From contig NZ_CALIAV010000055.1 of NCBI RefSeq assembly GCF_938045625.1, positions 628 to 64,627 on the forward strand: a stretch of DNA of 64,000 nucleotides, in the 5' to 3' direction. The notes under the pieces were generated by a model, which worked only from the letters and a program-made list of their open reading frames with translations, was not told the origin of the DNA and did not search any database. Source of the stretch: an uncultured Campylobacter sp. GTDB taxonomy: Bacteria; Campylobacterota; Campylobacteria; Campylobacterales; Campylobacteraceae. A program made the position numbers and the translations under genes. Numbering within the stretch: the first letter of the stretch is position 1; every line of letters starts with the position of its first letter. Below, piece after piece: positions 53,739-64,000 of the stretch.

Positions 53739-54377
53739 CTATCCCTCAAACATCTCCGAAAGCTCGTTTATAGCGATATTTACGATTTTATTATTTGAGT
53801 CTAGTTCGATCAAATTTTGGGTTTTAAATTTCGCCAAAATCCTCGAAAATGTCTCTGGCGTGATGTTTAGGATGGAGGCAATTTTGATGTGTTTTAGCTC
53901 ATCAAAAAGATCGGCGTGATTAACGAGAAATCTCGCGACCTTGGCCTCGGAGTTTAGTACAAGCTCTTGATGTATCAGCTCGCTTGCGATTTTTAGCTTT
54001 TGTGAGAGCGATTTGATGACTTGTAGCGATACGCGCGGGTTTGATAAAAACTCGGCGTAAAATTTATCGTAGTCTATTTTTAGCACTTCGCCGCCCGTTA
54101 AAAATATCGCAGTCGCCGGAAATTTGATATTTTCAAAGTTGGCAAGTTCGGCTACGAAGCTAATCCCGTTAAACTGATGCATAAAAATTTCTTTGCCTTT
54201 GGGGCCGATTTTATAGAGCTTGAGCGAGCCTTTTATGAGGAGGTGGAGCCACTTTGACTCCTCGCCCTCCATAAATAAAAACTCGCCCTTTTTATACTTT
54301 TTTAGGATGCTGATATCTTCTAGCCTTTTTAACTCGGCCTCGTTTAGCCCCTGAAAAAACGGGATTTGCTCTAGCAT
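53739..54377 (-). CDS. Crp/Fnr-family transcriptional regulator
   Basis: cNMP-binding-like N-terminal beta barrel and a C-terminal HTH (IASILNITPETFSRIL). Confidence 0.8.
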   Translation of the reverse strand: MLEQIPFFQGLNEAELKRLEDISILKKYKKGEFLFMEGEESKWLHLLIKGSLKLYKIGPKGKEIFMHQFNGISFVAELANFENIKFPATAIFLTGGEVLKIDYDKFYAEFLSNPRVSLQVIKSLSQKLKIASELIHQELVLNSEAKVARFLVNHADLFDELKHIKIASILNITPETFSRILAKFKTQNLIELDSNNKIVNIAINELSEMFEG

Positions 54378-54386
54378 TTGCTTTTC

Positions 54387-54794
54387 TTATTTATTTTTTA
54401 AAAGATCTCTGATCTCGGTTAGAAGTGCAACGTCCTCAGGTATCGGCGCAGGCTCTTCGGCTTTTGGCTCCTCGATTTTTGGTTTTTTGAGCGAATTTAT
54501 AGCTTTAACGACGCAGAAAATACAAAACGCGATAATAGTAAAATCGACCATCGTTTGTATAAATGAGCCGTAGTTTACGGTTACGGCAGCCGTATCGCCG
54601 ACCGCGTCTTTTAGGGTGATTTTTAGGTCGGAAAAATTTACCCCGCCCGTTAGTACGCCTACGATTGGCATGATAACGTCGCCCACTAGCGAGCTAACGA
54701 TCTTACCGAAAGCGCCACCGATCACGACGCCCACAGCCATATCGATGACGTTACCGCGCATCGCGAATTCTTTAAATTCCTTGATGAAACTCAT
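54387..54794 (-). CDS. mscL: Large-conductance mechanosensitive channel
   Basis: [31 protein letters not shown] is the canonical MscL N-terminus. The ATG at 54794 has an AAGGAAA upstream. Confidence 0.9.
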   Translation of the reverse strand: MSFIKEFKEFAMRGNVIDMAVGVVIGGAFGKIVSSLVGDVIMPIVGVLTGGVNFSDLKITLKDAVGDTAAVTVNYGSFIQTMVDFTIIAFCIFCVVKAINSLKKPKIEEPKAEEPAPIPEDVALLTEIRDLLKNK

Positions 54795-54881
54795 CTTTTT
54801 CCTTTGCATTTTAAAATTAGATATCAATTATATTTATTTTAGCTTCACAAAAGATAAAAAAGCCAAGTTAAATGCTTAAAA

Positions 54882-54890
54882 TGCTATAAT
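54882..54890 (+). promoter_or_regulatory. Extended -10 element TGCTATAAT upstream of gltX
   Basis: Same 9-mer as upstream of the tRNA and of mobB. It lies 30 nt before the ATG at 54920. Confidence 0.45.
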
Positions 54891-54919
54891 CGCCCCTAAA
54901 AATCAATAAGGAAGCAAAA

Positions 54920-56221
54920 ATGTATCGTTTTGCGCCGTCGCCGACAGGCGATATGCATCTGGGAAATTTGAGGGTTGCGATCCTAAACTACGTCTGCTCG
55001 CTCCAGGATAAAAGCGGCTTTATCATCCGCATCGAGGATACCGACAAGGAGCGCAATATCCCCGGAAAAGACAAGGAAATTTTAGAAATTTTAGAGCTTT
55101 TCGGTATCAAATGGGACACGCTTTATTATCAAAGTAAAAATTTAAAATTTCACCGCGAGTTTGCTGCAAAGCTTTTGATAGATAAAAAGGCGTTTTCGTG
55201 CTTTTGCACGGAAAGCGAGCTGGAGGCTAAAAAAGAAGCCGCAAAGGCTAGAGGTGAAGCCTACCGCTACGACGGCACATGCGAGCACCTAAGCGACAAC
55301 GAAGTGCTAAATAACCAAAAGCCTTTCGTCGTGCGCATGAAAAAGCCGCTATGCACGATGAAATTTAAAGATGCTATAAAGGGCGAGATCAGCTTCGAGC
55401 CTGAAAACGTCGATAGTTTCGTCATTATGCGCGCTGATTTTACGCCGACATATAACTTCGCCTGTGCGGTCGATGATATGCTCGAGGGCGTTACCTTCGT
55501 CATCCGCGGCGAAGATCACGTCAGCAACACGCCAAAGCAAGACCTCATCCGCGAGGGCCTAGGCTACACGCAAAAGATAAACTACGCTCACCTGCCTATC
55601 ATCTTAAACGTCGAGGGCAAAAAAATGAGCAAACGCGAGAACGAAAGCAGCGTAAAATGGCTACTCTCGCAAGGCTTTATGCCTGAAGCTATCGCAAACT
55701 ACATCGTTTCGCTAGGCTACAAGGCTCCGGTTGAAATCTTTACGATAGAAGAAGCCGCGCAGTGGTTTGATATCTCGAAGGTTTCGGCGTCTCCGGCCAA
55801 ATTTGACGTCAAGCAGCTTGAGCACATCAACCGCGAGCACATAAAAAGAGCAAGCGACGAGAGACTAGCCGCGCTAATGGGCATAAAGCCAGAATTTGCG
55901 GCGATAGCTAGATTTTACACTCAAGAAAGTAGCCTGCTAACCGAGATAAAGGCCAAGGTCGATGCGATTTTCGCGACCAAATTTATCCCAGACGAGTTTA
56001 AGGCTGGTTGCGAGGCTATAAAAGCCGCTGTAAATTCGCTAAATTTGAGCGAATTTGGTGAATTTAACGAGCTAAAAAAAGCCCTAATGGATGCGACCGG
56101 ACTAAAAGGCAAAGGCTTTTTTATGCCGCTTAGGATTTTACTCACGGGCGCCGAACACGGTCCCGAGCTTAGCGAGCTATATCCGCTCATCAAACCGTAT
56201 CTAAAGGAAATTTTAAGATGA
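54920..56221 (+). CDS. gltX: Glutamate--tRNA ligase (short form)
   Basis: [14 protein letters not shown] (HIGH-type) and KMSKR motifs. 433 aa. Confidence 0.9.
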   Translation: MYRFAPSPTGDMHLGNLRVAILNYVCSLQDKSGFIIRIEDTDKERNIPGKDKEILEILELFGIKWDTLYYQSKNLKFHREFAAKLLIDKKAFSCFCTESELEAKKEAAKARGEAYRYDGTCEHLSDNEVLNNQKPFVVRMKKPLCTMKFKDAIKGEISFEPENVDSFVIMRADFTPTYNFACAVDDMLEGVTFVIRGEDHVSNTPKQDLIREGLGYTQKINYAHLPIILNVEGKKMSKRENESSVKWLLSQGFMPEAIANYIVSLGYKAPVEIFTIEEAAQWFDISKVSASPAKFDVKQLEHINREHIKRASDERLAALMGIKPEFAAIARFYTQESSLLTEIKAKVDAIFATKFIPDEFKAGCEAIKAAVNSLNLSEFGEFNELKKALMDATGLKGKGFFMPLRILLTGAEHGPELSELYPLIKPYLKEILR

Positions 56222-56505
56222 TATTTTCGGTATTTTTAGAAGCAGTCGGCAGTATCCTGCATATCGTTATCAGCGCCTACACGTGGATCATCATAGGCGC
56301 AGCGATCATAAGCTGGGTGCGCCCTGATCCCTATAACCCTATCGTGCAGTTGCTCTACCGCCTCACCGAGCCCGTTTACGGCGCTATCCGCCGCGTGATA
56401 CCGACGGTTTTTGGCGGTATAGATATAGCGCCTATTATCGTGCTTTTGGCGCTTCAGTTTATAGATAGATTTTTCGTAAGGCTTATGTTTGCGTACGCTG
56501 CTTAA
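56218..56505 (+). CDS. YggT-family membrane protein
   Basis: 95 aa with two TM segments. [11 protein letters not shown] and GGIDIAPI motifs. Confidence 0.75.
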   Translation: MIFSVFLEAVGSILHIVISAYTWIIIGAAIISWVRPDPYNPIVQLLYRLTEPVYGAIRRVIPTVFGGIDIAPIIVLLALQFIDRFFVRLMFAYAA

Positions 56506-58120
56506 ATTTATCCTGCCCGCGATTTTTGCTGCGGCGGCGTTTGGCGGAGTTAAGAGTTTTGATGAGATAAAAGACGAGCCTAAGGGGCTTGCTAAGGATT
56601 ACTACTTTTACCGTCTTTTAACCGAAGGCGACTACACTAAGGAACAGGCGCAAATTTTAAACAAAGACGTCTTTCGCCGAGCGGGCGTACTGGCAAAGAA
56701 ACTGGCCGAGATTTTGCCGCCAAAAAAGGTCAAAGGAAACTGCGATAGCGTGGGTGTGAAAAATATCCTAGACGCCAACGTAACCTGCCAAAAACAGCGT
56801 CTTAGAGTGCCTTTTATGATGAAGCTAAAAAAGGAGACGAGACAAAAGCTGGCGGATAAATTTAAAGACTCCGATCCGATTATTTACCGCCGCTTGAGCT
56901 CGCTAAACGAAAAGCATCCAGAGGATGAATTTGCCAAATTTAACGATACGGACGCATTTTTGGTTTATTTTAACCAGTCCTCGCACAAGGATAAATTCGA
57001 CAAGATATTTGATGCAAATTTTATAAATTCGCTCGCAGCTAAAAAAGAGTTTCACGTTCTAGCAAACGATTTGATAATCGATAAAAAATCGGTCAAATTT
57101 AGACAAAATTTTCTTGCGATAAAGGAAACCGAGCTTGCCGGCAAGGATGCCTTTATGCTAGGCATAAACGCGGTTTTGTTAAATTCTCCAAAAGACGCGA
57201 CGAGGTTTTTTACTAGAGCGCAGGCCGCCTTTGAGAGGCAGGACCGCAAAGATAACGCAGTGTTTTGGCTGTATCTACTAAGTAAAAATACAATCTATCT
57301 TGATAAGCTAAATCAAAGCCGCGACGTAAATATCTATACTCTCTACGCAAACGAACTAACGGGCGCAAGTCCGGCCGCAAATATCGTCTCTCCGACGCCT
57401 ACGAAAGAAAAGGTAGCTGACTACGACATAAAAGATCCGTTTTTGTGGCAAAAGACCTTTAAAATGATAAAAGAGATGAGCGCGCAGGATGCCGCAAAGC
57501 ACTCCGAAACCTTTAACACCAAAGAGACGCTGGGGCAGTATGCCTACCTGATGGAAAAGGCAAGCGGATACAAGGATAGTTACTTCGTTATGCCGTTTGT
57601 AGATGAGCTAGAGGATATAAACGCGACTAGAAAGGCACTACTTTACGCGATCGGCAGGCAAGAGAGCCGCTTTATCCCGGCCGTCATCTCGACCTCTTAT
57701 GCGCTTGGCATGATGCAGTTTATGCCGTTTTTGGCTAATCACATCGGCAAAAAAGAGCTTGCGATCCCAAATTTCGATCAAGACGATATGTTTGATCCGC
57801 GCCTTGCCTTAAAATTTGCGGACCACCACTTAAATTATTTGGAGAAATACCTCTATCACCCTCTTTTCGTAGCTTACGCGTATAACGGCGGTATCGGCTT
57901 TACCAAAAAGATGCTTCAGCGAGGCGACCTTTTTAACGAAGGAAAATACGAGCCGTTTTTATCCATGGAGCTAGTGCCCTTCGCCGAGAGCCGCGACTAC
58001 GGCAAAAAGGTACTCGCAAACTATGTTATCTACCTAAGGCTTCTCCGTTCCAGTACATTGATTTCGACACTTTTTGAAAGCTCAAAGAAACCTGCTTTGA
58101 CGGATAAATTTCGAAATTAA
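56489..58120 (+). CDS. slt: Soluble lytic murein transglycosylase (Slt-like)
   Basis: Signal peptide, helical N-terminal superhelix region, and C-terminal SLT core (GRQESRF ... ALGMMQFMP ... AYNGG). Confidence 0.8.
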   Translation: MRTLLKFILPAIFAAAAFGGVKSFDEIKDEPKGLAKDYYFYRLLTEGDYTKEQAQILNKDVFRRAGVLAKKLAEILPPKKVKGNCDSVGVKNILDANVTCQKQRLRVPFMMKLKKETRQKLADKFKDSDPIIYRRLSSLNEKHPEDEFAKFNDTDAFLVYFNQSSHKDKFDKIFDANFINSLAAKKEFHVLANDLIIDKKSVKFRQNFLAIKETELAGKDAFMLGINAVLLNSPKDATRFFTRAQAAFERQDRKDNAVFWLYLLSKNTIYLDKLNQSRDVNIYTLYANELTGASPAANIVSPTPTKEKVADYDIKDPFLWQKTFKMIKEMSAQDAAKHSETFNTKETLGQYAYLMEKASGYKDSYFVMPFVDELEDINATRKALLYAIGRQESRFIPAVISTSYALGMMQFMPFLANHIGKKELAIPNFDQDDMFDPRLALKFADHHLNYLEKYLYHPLFVAYAYNGGIGFTKKMLQRGDLFNEGKYEPFLSMELVPFAESRDYGKKVLANYVIYLRLLRSSTLISTLFESSKKPALTDKFRN

Positions 58121-58520
58121 TATTGATTTTATCGCTTTTGATCTCTGGAGTGCTGACCTCGAAATACTGAGCCCACGGCACTTCAAAGCTCACTTTTTCC
58201 AAAAGCGGATCGTTGGCGGTCAGGCGTCTAACCATGATGCCTCGCTGCGAGCCGTTTGCGCTAAAACTCTCCTCTAAAATTTTAGCCTCTTTAGGATGCA
58301 CGGCCACGACGAATTTCTCTCTTTTTTGCTCGTCCACAAGCTCGCTATAGATCGGATTTAGATAGGTCGCGACGATTAGGATATTCGTCTTGGCATCTAT
58401 GATTTCAGATTTGCTAGTGTAGGCTAAAAGCTCGTTTTTTAATGGTTCGTGGATATATTTTTTATCCGCACAGCCAACTAACGCCAAAATAAAACTTAAA
58501 AAAAATACGCTCTTTTTCAT
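58026..58520 (-). CDS. Hypothetical lipoprotein
   Basis: Lipobox LALVGC. 164 aa. Its 3' end overlaps the 3' end of slt by 95 nt. Confidence 0.6.
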   Translation of the reverse strand: MKKSVFFLSFILALVGCADKKYIHEPLKNELLAYTSKSEIIDAKTNILIVATYLNPIYSELVDEQKREKFVVAVHPKEAKILEESFSANGSQRGIMVRRLTANDPLLEKVSFEVPWAQYFEVSTPEIKSDKININFEIYPSKQVSLSFQKVSKSMYWNGEALGR

Positions 58521-58582
58521 TTTAATACCTCTTTAAATTTGGTGCTATTTTAGATAAATTTTGCTTTTAAAAAGCCTAAATT

Positions 58583-58591
58583 TGCTATAAT
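58583..58591 (+). promoter_or_regulatory. Extended -10 element TGCTATAAT upstream of mobB
   Basis: It lies 30 nt before the ATG at 58621. GGAG Shine-Dalgarno at 58612-58615. Confidence 0.45.
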
Positions 58592-58620
58592 CTGCGTAAA
58601 TTTCAAAAATTCGGAGAAAA

Positions 58621-59103
58621 ATGAAAAAAGCGGCGATGGCGTTTTCAGGACCTTCAAATAGCGGCAAAACTACGCTTATTTTAAAGGTCGCCAAAAAATT
58701 TATCGATGACGGCTTAAAAGTCGTGATCATCAAGCACGACCCGGGCGACAAGGCGAGGTTTGACGTCGAGGGCAAGGATAGCTATAAATTTGCTCAAATA
58801 GGCGCCGAGGTCGCGGTCATGAGTCCGACGCGCACGACCTTTTTCTCGCAGGAGAGCAAGAGCGTGGACGACGTCGTGGCGATGGCTGGCGAGTTTGATT
58901 TGCTATTAGTCGAGGGCTTAAAGACTCTGCCGCTGCCGCGCATCAGCGTATTTAAGGACGAGATAAACGAGGATTATCTTAGCTTTTCAAACGCGATCGC
59001 AAGCTATCAAAAAGACTACGAGATCGATAAGCCAAACTTCGATCTAGACGACACGCAGGCCATCTGCGAGTGGATACTAAAAAATGCAAAGGTATTAAAA
59101 TGA
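58621..59103 (+). CDS. mobB: Molybdopterin-guanine dinucleotide biosynthesis adapter protein MobB
   Basis: P-loop [19 protein letters not shown]. Confidence 0.8.
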   Translation: MKKAAMAFSGPSNSGKTTLILKVAKKFIDDGLKVVIIKHDPGDKARFDVEGKDSYKFAQIGAEVAVMSPTRTTFFSQESKSVDDVVAMAGEFDLLLVEGLKTLPLPRISVFKDEINEDYLSFSNAIASYQKDYEIDKPNFDLDDTQAICEWILKNAKVLK

Positions 59104-59954
59104 ACGAAATTTTCGAAACGATTAAAAAGATCGCCGTAAAAATCGGCGAAGAGATAAAGTACGCCGATCTGGGCTACACTGATCACGCCAACGCCACGGG
59201 CGACACGCAGCTAAAACTAGACGTGAGAAGCGACGAGATCATCACGGCCGAGTTTGCAAATTTAGCCTGCGTAAAAGCGCTAGTTAGCGAGGAAAAAGAG
59301 GATATGCTGGCGCTAAACGAGAGTGCGAAATTTATCGTCGCCTACGATCCGCTAGACGGCTCTAGCCTAGTGGACGTAAATTTTTCTATCGGCTCGATTT
59401 TTGGCATTTACGAAAACGAACTAACTCCGCAAAATCTAAAAGCCGCCGCCTACGTCGTTTACGGCCCACGCCTAGAGCTCGTGCTTTGCGAGGAGGGGAC
59501 GGCTCCGGCACTTTACCGCCTGGGCAGGGACGGCGAGTTTAAATTTATCAAAAATCTAGCGCTAGCGCAAAAAGGCAAGTTAAACGCCACGGGTGCTACG
59601 CAAAAGGGCTGGAGCGAAACTCACGCTAAATTTATCCGCGAGCTGTTTTTGCAGGGATATCGCCTCAGATACTCGGGCGCCATGGTGAGCGACCTGCATC
59701 AAATTTTACTAAAAGGCGGCGGGCTGTTTAGCTATCCTGCCACGAGCGACGCGCCAAATGGCAAGCTAAGAGTGCTATTTGAGGTGCTGCCGTTTGCATT
59801 TATCTACGAGCGCGCGGGCGGTGCGACTAGCGACGGTTACTCGGTAACGCTTTTTGATATGAAGGTAGAAAAAATCCACCAAACCACGCCTTGCTTTTTC
59901 GGCTCCAAAGACGAGATAAATTTACTGCATAAATTTTACGGAAGCGCGAAATGA
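59100..59954 (+). CDS. fbp: Fructose-1,6-bisphosphatase class 1
   Basis: DPLDGSS, YGPR, GGLFSYP-type motifs. ATGA overlap with mobB. Confidence 0.85.
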   Translation: MNEIFETIKKIAVKIGEEIKYADLGYTDHANATGDTQLKLDVRSDEIITAEFANLACVKALVSEEKEDMLALNESAKFIVAYDPLDGSSLVDVNFSIGSIFGIYENELTPQNLKAAAYVVYGPRLELVLCEEGTAPALYRLGRDGEFKFIKNLALAQKGKLNATGATQKGWSETHAKFIRELFLQGYRLRYSGAMVSDLHQILLKGGGLFSYPATSDAPNGKLRVLFEVLPFAFIYERAGGATSDGYSVTLFDMKVEKIHQTTPCFFGSKDEINLLHKFYGSAK

Positions 59955-60163
59955 GCGAGCATGCAGCGGACGTAACTCAAAAAGACGAATTTGAGCTGGA
60001 GCTTGATCGCCAAAGAGAAATTTTGCAAGCCTGTCAGCGCGAAAAAGGGCTAAGCTCGTGCTTTGCCTGCGAGGTGATGTTTGAGTGCAAAACTCGCAAA
60101 AACTACGTAGATGCCGTGTATAGCTCGATGTCTAAAGGCGACGGCGGCGGATTTGATTTTTAA
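59951..60163 (+). CDS. Small conserved cysteine-rich protein (CX9CX2CX5C)
   Basis: 70 aa. ATGA overlap with fbp. Four Cys within 20 residues. Confidence 0.5.
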   Translation: MSEHAADVTQKDEFELELDRQREILQACQREKGLSSCFACEVMFECKTRKNYVDAVYSSMSKGDGGGFDF

Positions 60164-60180
60164 ATTTAAAAAGGAAAGAT

Positions 60181-62100
60181 ATGAACACGACTTATATTAC
60201 GACTCCGATTTATTACGTAAACGACGTGCCGCACATCGGACACGCCTACACGACCGTGATCGCGGACACGATGGCGAGATTTGCGAGGCTAAAGGGCGAT
60301 GATACGTACTTTATGACCGGCACCGACGAGCACGGGCAAAAGATCGAGCAAGCCGCAGCAAAAAAGGGCTACACACCGCAAGCCTACGCCGATGAGATAA
60401 GCGCGAAATTTAGGGAGCTGTGGGATAAATTTGAGATCAGCTACGATCATTTTATCCGCACGACCGACGACTATCACAAGCTCACGGCGCAAAATGCATT
60501 CGAAAAAATGTATCAAAAAGGCGACATCTACAAGGGCGAGTACGAGGGGTACTACTGCGTTAGCTGCGAGAGCTTTTTTACGCAGACGCAGCTTTTAGAG
60601 GACGAGAGGTGTCCCGACTGCGGCAGACCGACAAATTTGGTCAAAGAGGAGAGCTATTTTTTCAAACTATCAAAATACCAAGACGCGCTGCTAAAATGGT
60701 ACGAGGAGAACGAGGACTGTATCGTGCCGCGCGGCAAGAAAAACGAGGTCGTGAGCTTTGTAAAAGGCGGCCTGCGCGATCTCTCGATCACTCGCACGAG
60801 CTTTGAGTGGGGTATCAGGCTGCCTGCGAGCCTAAACGAGCCAAGACACGTGATGTACGTCTGGCTAGACGCGCTCATCAACTACCTTAGCACACTTGGC
60901 TACACGCGCGGCGATGACAAGATGAACTACTGGAAGGGCGCGACGCATATAGTTGGCAAGGATATTTTGCGCTTTCACGCGGTGTACTGGCCGGCGTTTT
61001 TGATGAGTCTTGATCTGCCGCTGCCTCGCTGCATCGCGGCTCACGGCTGGTGGACGAGAGACGGCGAAAAGATGAGCAAAAGCAAGGGCAACGTCATCAA
61101 TCCAAGCGAGGTTGCAGACGCGTACGGGCTAGAAAATTTCCGCTACTTTATGCTGCGCGAAGTGCCGTTTGGACAGGATGGAGACTTCTCGCAAAAAGCG
61201 ATGATCGAGCGCATAAACTCCGAGCTTAGCAATGATCTGGGCAATCTTTTAAGCCGTATAGTCGGCATGAGCGAAAAATACTCGGACTTTGAGATAAAGG
61301 GCGAAAACGTGCGTAAATTTTACGGCGAAGTTTTAGATGGCGGCAACGAATACCTGCAAAACGCTATTAAAAATTTAGAGAGTTTCGCCACGAACCGCTA
61401 CCTTGAGGAGCTTTTTAAGGCGCTAACGCTTGCTAACGCGAGCATAGCTAAATTTGAGCCGTGGAATCTAATGAAAAACGGCAAAAAAGACGAAGCAAAC
61501 GCGCTCGTGTCGCTATGTGCGAACCTGCTGGCTCGTGTGGCCGTCCTGCTAAGCCCTGCGATGCCAAAAACCTGCGAAAAGATTGCGCAGACGCTAGGTT
61601 TTAAGATCTCGACCGCAACTTATGAAAAAATCATCCTAAACAACGAAATTTTGGACTTTAAAGCGCAAAAAACGCAGCCGCTTTTCCCAAAAATCGAAAA
61701 AGAGCTGATGGCGACTGCGGTACCGAGCGTGAGTGAGCCTGCCAAAACCGCCGCCGCGCCGCAAGAAAAATTAGATGCGAAGATAAAAATCGACGACTTT
61801 AAAAAATGCGTCATAAAAGTAGGCACGGTGCTTGAGTGCTCAAATATCGAAGGCAGCGAGAAGCTGCTCAAATTTAAGATTGATCTAGGCGAAGAGCAAC
61901 CGCGTCAAATTTTATCGGGCATAGCCAAATTTTACGCTCCAGCCGATCTCGTCGGCAAGCAGGTATGCGTGCTGGCAAACCTAAAGCCGGCTAAAATTTT
62001 CGGCCACATATCAGAGGGCATGATCCTTAGCGCCGAGGACGGGGCGCTGTGCCTCATCGCGCCGATGGCTGCGGTCAAAAACGGCTCAGAAATAGGCTAA
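60181..62100 (+). CDS. metG: Methionine--tRNA ligase with a C-terminal tRNA-binding (EMAP/Trbp111-like) domain
   Basis: HIGH-type PHIGHAYT, KMSKS, zinc knuckle CVSC...CPDCG, C-terminal VGTVLECSNIEGSEKLLKFKIDLG. Confidence 0.95.
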   Translation: MNTTYITTPIYYVNDVPHIGHAYTTVIADTMARFARLKGDDTYFMTGTDEHGQKIEQAAAKKGYTPQAYADEISAKFRELWDKFEISYDHFIRTTDDYHKLTAQNAFEKMYQKGDIYKGEYEGYYCVSCESFFTQTQLLEDERCPDCGRPTNLVKEESYFFKLSKYQDALLKWYEENEDCIVPRGKKNEVVSFVKGGLRDLSITRTSFEWGIRLPASLNEPRHVMYVWLDALINYLSTLGYTRGDDKMNYWKGATHIVGKDILRFHAVYWPAFLMSLDLPLPRCIAAHGWWTRDGEKMSKSKGNVINPSEVADAYGLENFRYFMLREVPFGQDGDFSQKAMIERINSELSNDLGNLLSRIVGMSEKYSDFEIKGENVRKFYGEVLDGGNEYLQNAIKNLESFATNRYLEELFKALTLANASIAKFEPWNLMKNGKKDEANALVSLCANLLARVAVLLSPAMPKTCEKIAQTLGFKISTATYEKIILNNEILDFKAQKTQPLFPKIEKELMATAVPSVSEPAKTAAAPQEKLDAKIKIDDFKKCVIKVGTVLECSNIEGSEKLLKFKIDLGEEQPRQILSGIAKFYAPADLVGKQVCVLANLKPAKIFGHISEGMILSAEDGALCLIAPMAAVKNGSEIG

Positions 62101-62106
62101 AACGGC

Positions 62107-63114
62107 GTGAATATCGAAAACCTAAGGCGCCTCATCAACGGCGAAGCGCTAAATAAACCAAGCGTCAGCGCCGTGGAGGGCTTTGCGTTTGAGAGTAAAA
62201 ACGTGCGTCAGGGCTACGCCTACATCGGGCTTGGCGCCGGCGCGGACGAGATAGCCGCAGCCGTTGCAAACGGCGCTTATGCCGTACTCGTCGAGCAAAG
62301 ATGCGAAGTCGTCGATCCCGAGGTTGCCTTTATAAAGGTCGATAGCCTGAGCGCCGCGCTGATGCGGCTAATGCGCTTTGAGGCTAGCTACAAAAATCTC
62401 AAATTTTGCTCCATTAATCCCGTACAAAAGGCCTTGCTCGCGCGCATGAGTCTGAGTAAAAACGCCGAGGGCAACGCAGCTAGCTTGCTACCAGAGGATG
62501 CGACGCGACTTTTTATAAAGATAATGAAAGCGGGCGCAGGGGATCTGTTTTTTACAGACGATCTAAAAATTTTATCCAAGATCGCGCCGTTATATGACAC
62601 TGTTTTTAGCGATGTGGACGCGGTTTGCGCGCAGGGCGGATCTGTTTTTGCCTCTAGCGTCGTTTGCGAGGGCGTTTACTATCCAAACTTAAATTTTCCA
62701 AAAGTTTTCACGCACTATCTTTGCGGACTCTTAAAGTATCTGATCCGCGCGGGCTTTTCTTTTAGGCTCGGCGATACGCGAAATTTAGGGCATTTCGAGC
62801 CGGTTTTTATAAATAAAAATTTTCGCGTCGTTCCTTTTGGCGCGAGCTCTCAGGCTTTTATTGCAGAGAGCGACGATGAGCTTTTTGATATGGAAGCGGC
62901 ATTTCTGACGCGAAATTTTAGCGGCGGCATCGAGATATGCGTGCCGGAGGACTTTGCGGGAAGCGCAGCGGCTACGATGAGATTTAAGGATTTTGCCGAG
63001 CTAAAAAATCTTTCAAATTTTCACTACGCGCTCGTTAAATGCCAAAAAGAGGAGCTTGAAGCGATGCTAAATTTAGCTGCGCCCGAACCTGATTTGTTTG
63101 GCGAAATTTTATAA
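62107..63114 (+). CDS. Conserved hypothetical protein (weak resemblance to a Mur-ligase N-terminal region)
   Basis: 335-aa ORF with a GTG start, downstream of metG. No motif I can name with confidence. Confidence 0.5.
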   Translation: MNIENLRRLINGEALNKPSVSAVEGFAFESKNVRQGYAYIGLGAGADEIAAAVANGAYAVLVEQRCEVVDPEVAFIKVDSLSAALMRLMRFEASYKNLKFCSINPVQKALLARMSLSKNAEGNAASLLPEDATRLFIKIMKAGAGDLFFTDDLKILSKIAPLYDTVFSDVDAVCAQGGSVFASSVVCEGVYYPNLNFPKVFTHYLCGLLKYLIRAGFSFRLGDTRNLGHFEPVFINKNFRVVPFGASSQAFIAESDDELFDMEAAFLTRNFSGGIEICVPEDFAGSAAATMRFKDFAELKNLSNFHYALVKCQKEELEAMLNLAAPEPDLFGEIL

Positions 63115-63479
63115 AAAGTTCAAATTTAGCGCCGAGCTTGACGCCTTTATCTACTGCAAATTTGACTCAATCCTTAAAATCATACGTTTTATAGTCTCAA
63201 ATTTGCCGTTAAATTTGACGGATAAAAATTCCTACAAAGAGTGCCGTGGGCTTTGGCGTATGTGGTTAGTGTAACGACGCAAATGTGAGCGCATTTGTAA
63301 TAAAATGTTTTATTTTTGGCTGATCGTGAAGTGGCTGCCCGTCGTGCATAATCCATAAACCAGCCGCCGCGATCAAATTTGCCGAACAAAAAATAGCGGT
63401 AGAGTAGTCGGCGCGTTTTGGCGGATAAATTTGATTTGGGCTAAATTTGCTGGCAGAGCTGCGCCGATTTTTAGAAATT

Positions 63480-64000
63480 TTATTTTAGATTTACGTACTT
63501 TATCCTATCTTTTTCGCCTGCAAGCTCAAATCCTCGCAGTCTCAGGCGGCAGCTGTCGCATTCGCCGCAAGCCTCGTCCTCGCGCTCGTAGCAGCTCCAG
63601 GTTAGCTCTAGCGGCGAGCCGGCCTCCAGCGACTTGCGCACGATGTCAGCCTTACTTAAATTTACTAGCGGCGTGACGATTTGCAGGCTAAAGTCCTTTG
63701 AAGTGCCGGCGTTTACGGCGCTTTCTATCTTACTGATAAAATCCGCCGTGCAGTCTGGGTAGCCCGAGCCGTCCTCCTCGACGATGCCGATGTATAGCGC
63801 CTGCGCGCCTTCTTTTTCGGCCAGCGCGGTGGCGATGCTGATAAAGATGCCGTTACGAAACGGCACGTAGGTGCTAGGGGTGTCGGGTTTGGCGCCGTCT
63901 TTGCGGATCTCAAGGCTCTCGTCCGTTAGTGCATTGCCGCCGATACTTGCTATAAAATGAGCGTCTAAATTCACCTTTTTTAGCGCGCCGATACGCTCGC
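63480..64000 (-). CDS. queC: 7-cyano-7-deazaguanine synthase, C-terminal part (5' end outside the window)
   Basis: The frame is open to the window edge. [14 protein letters not shown] and the zinc cluster [10 protein letters not shown] are typical of QueC. Confidence 0.85.
   Translation of the reverse strand, partial: ERIGALKKVNLDAHFIASIGGNALTDESLEIRKDGAKPDTPSTYVPFRNGIFISIATALAEKEGAQALYIGIVEEDGSGYPDCTADFISKIESAVNAGTSKDFSLQIVTPLVNLSKADIVRKSLEAGSPLELTWSCYEREDEACGECDSCRLRLRGFELAGEKDRIKYVNLK

Noticed and set aside
63189-63676. ORFs 63189..63389 (minus strand) and 63431..63676 (plus strand).
   Set aside because: The first lies in an AAATTT-bearing spacer, has no start signal and has an implausible composition. 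The second is the R/A-rich antisense shadow of queC.

Overview
The window looks like a chromosomal, mostly housekeeping segment of a Campylobacter-type epsilonproteobacterium. It is a moderately GC-rich species, not C. jejuni itself. This rests on protein content and on gene order recalled from memory, with no database search.

I call about 65 protein genes and one tRNA(CAU). I see no rRNA, CRISPR array, transposase, integrase or phage gene.

Long co-directional gene arrays match my memory of C. jejuni gene order:
- rodA-rluD-flpA-trmB-ftsE-ftsX-M23 peptidase-pyrH-rpoZ-spoT-tyrS-...-amiA-mnmC
- ppa-adk-aspS / nadK-recN-cbrR-tatD-LysM transglycosylase-rlpA-...-kdsC-lptC-lptA-engB-...-mrdA
- gltX-yggT-slt-lipoprotein-mobB-fbp-small Cys protein-metG

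The less ordinary material is in the first 20 kb and in the spacers:
1. Two single-gene cassettes (1171-2327 and 9181-9936) are each bracketed by a perfect direct repeat (44 nt and 23 nt). Each repeat duplicates the 3' end of the adjacent host gene. This is an att-like or recombination footprint with no recombinase gene in view.
2. The palindromic hexamer AAATTT is strongly over-represented, about one per 30 bp in several spacers. It has also been carried in frame into mnmC as a low-complexity insertion.
3. An uncharacterised pair of paralogous membrane proteins (7633-9037) sits between two of the most AAATTT-dense spacers I hand-counted.
4. A roughly 400-bp element made of nested inverted repeats lies at 18244-18648.
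5. Two related 18-bp AT-rich hairpins lie between aspS and adk.
6. A CbrC-family gene is interrupted by an in-frame TGA, next to an SseB-like gene and the tRNA.

I cannot point to a complete, clearly novel multi-gene system. The repeat-bracketed cassettes and the AAATTT phenomenon are my best candidates for something undescribed.
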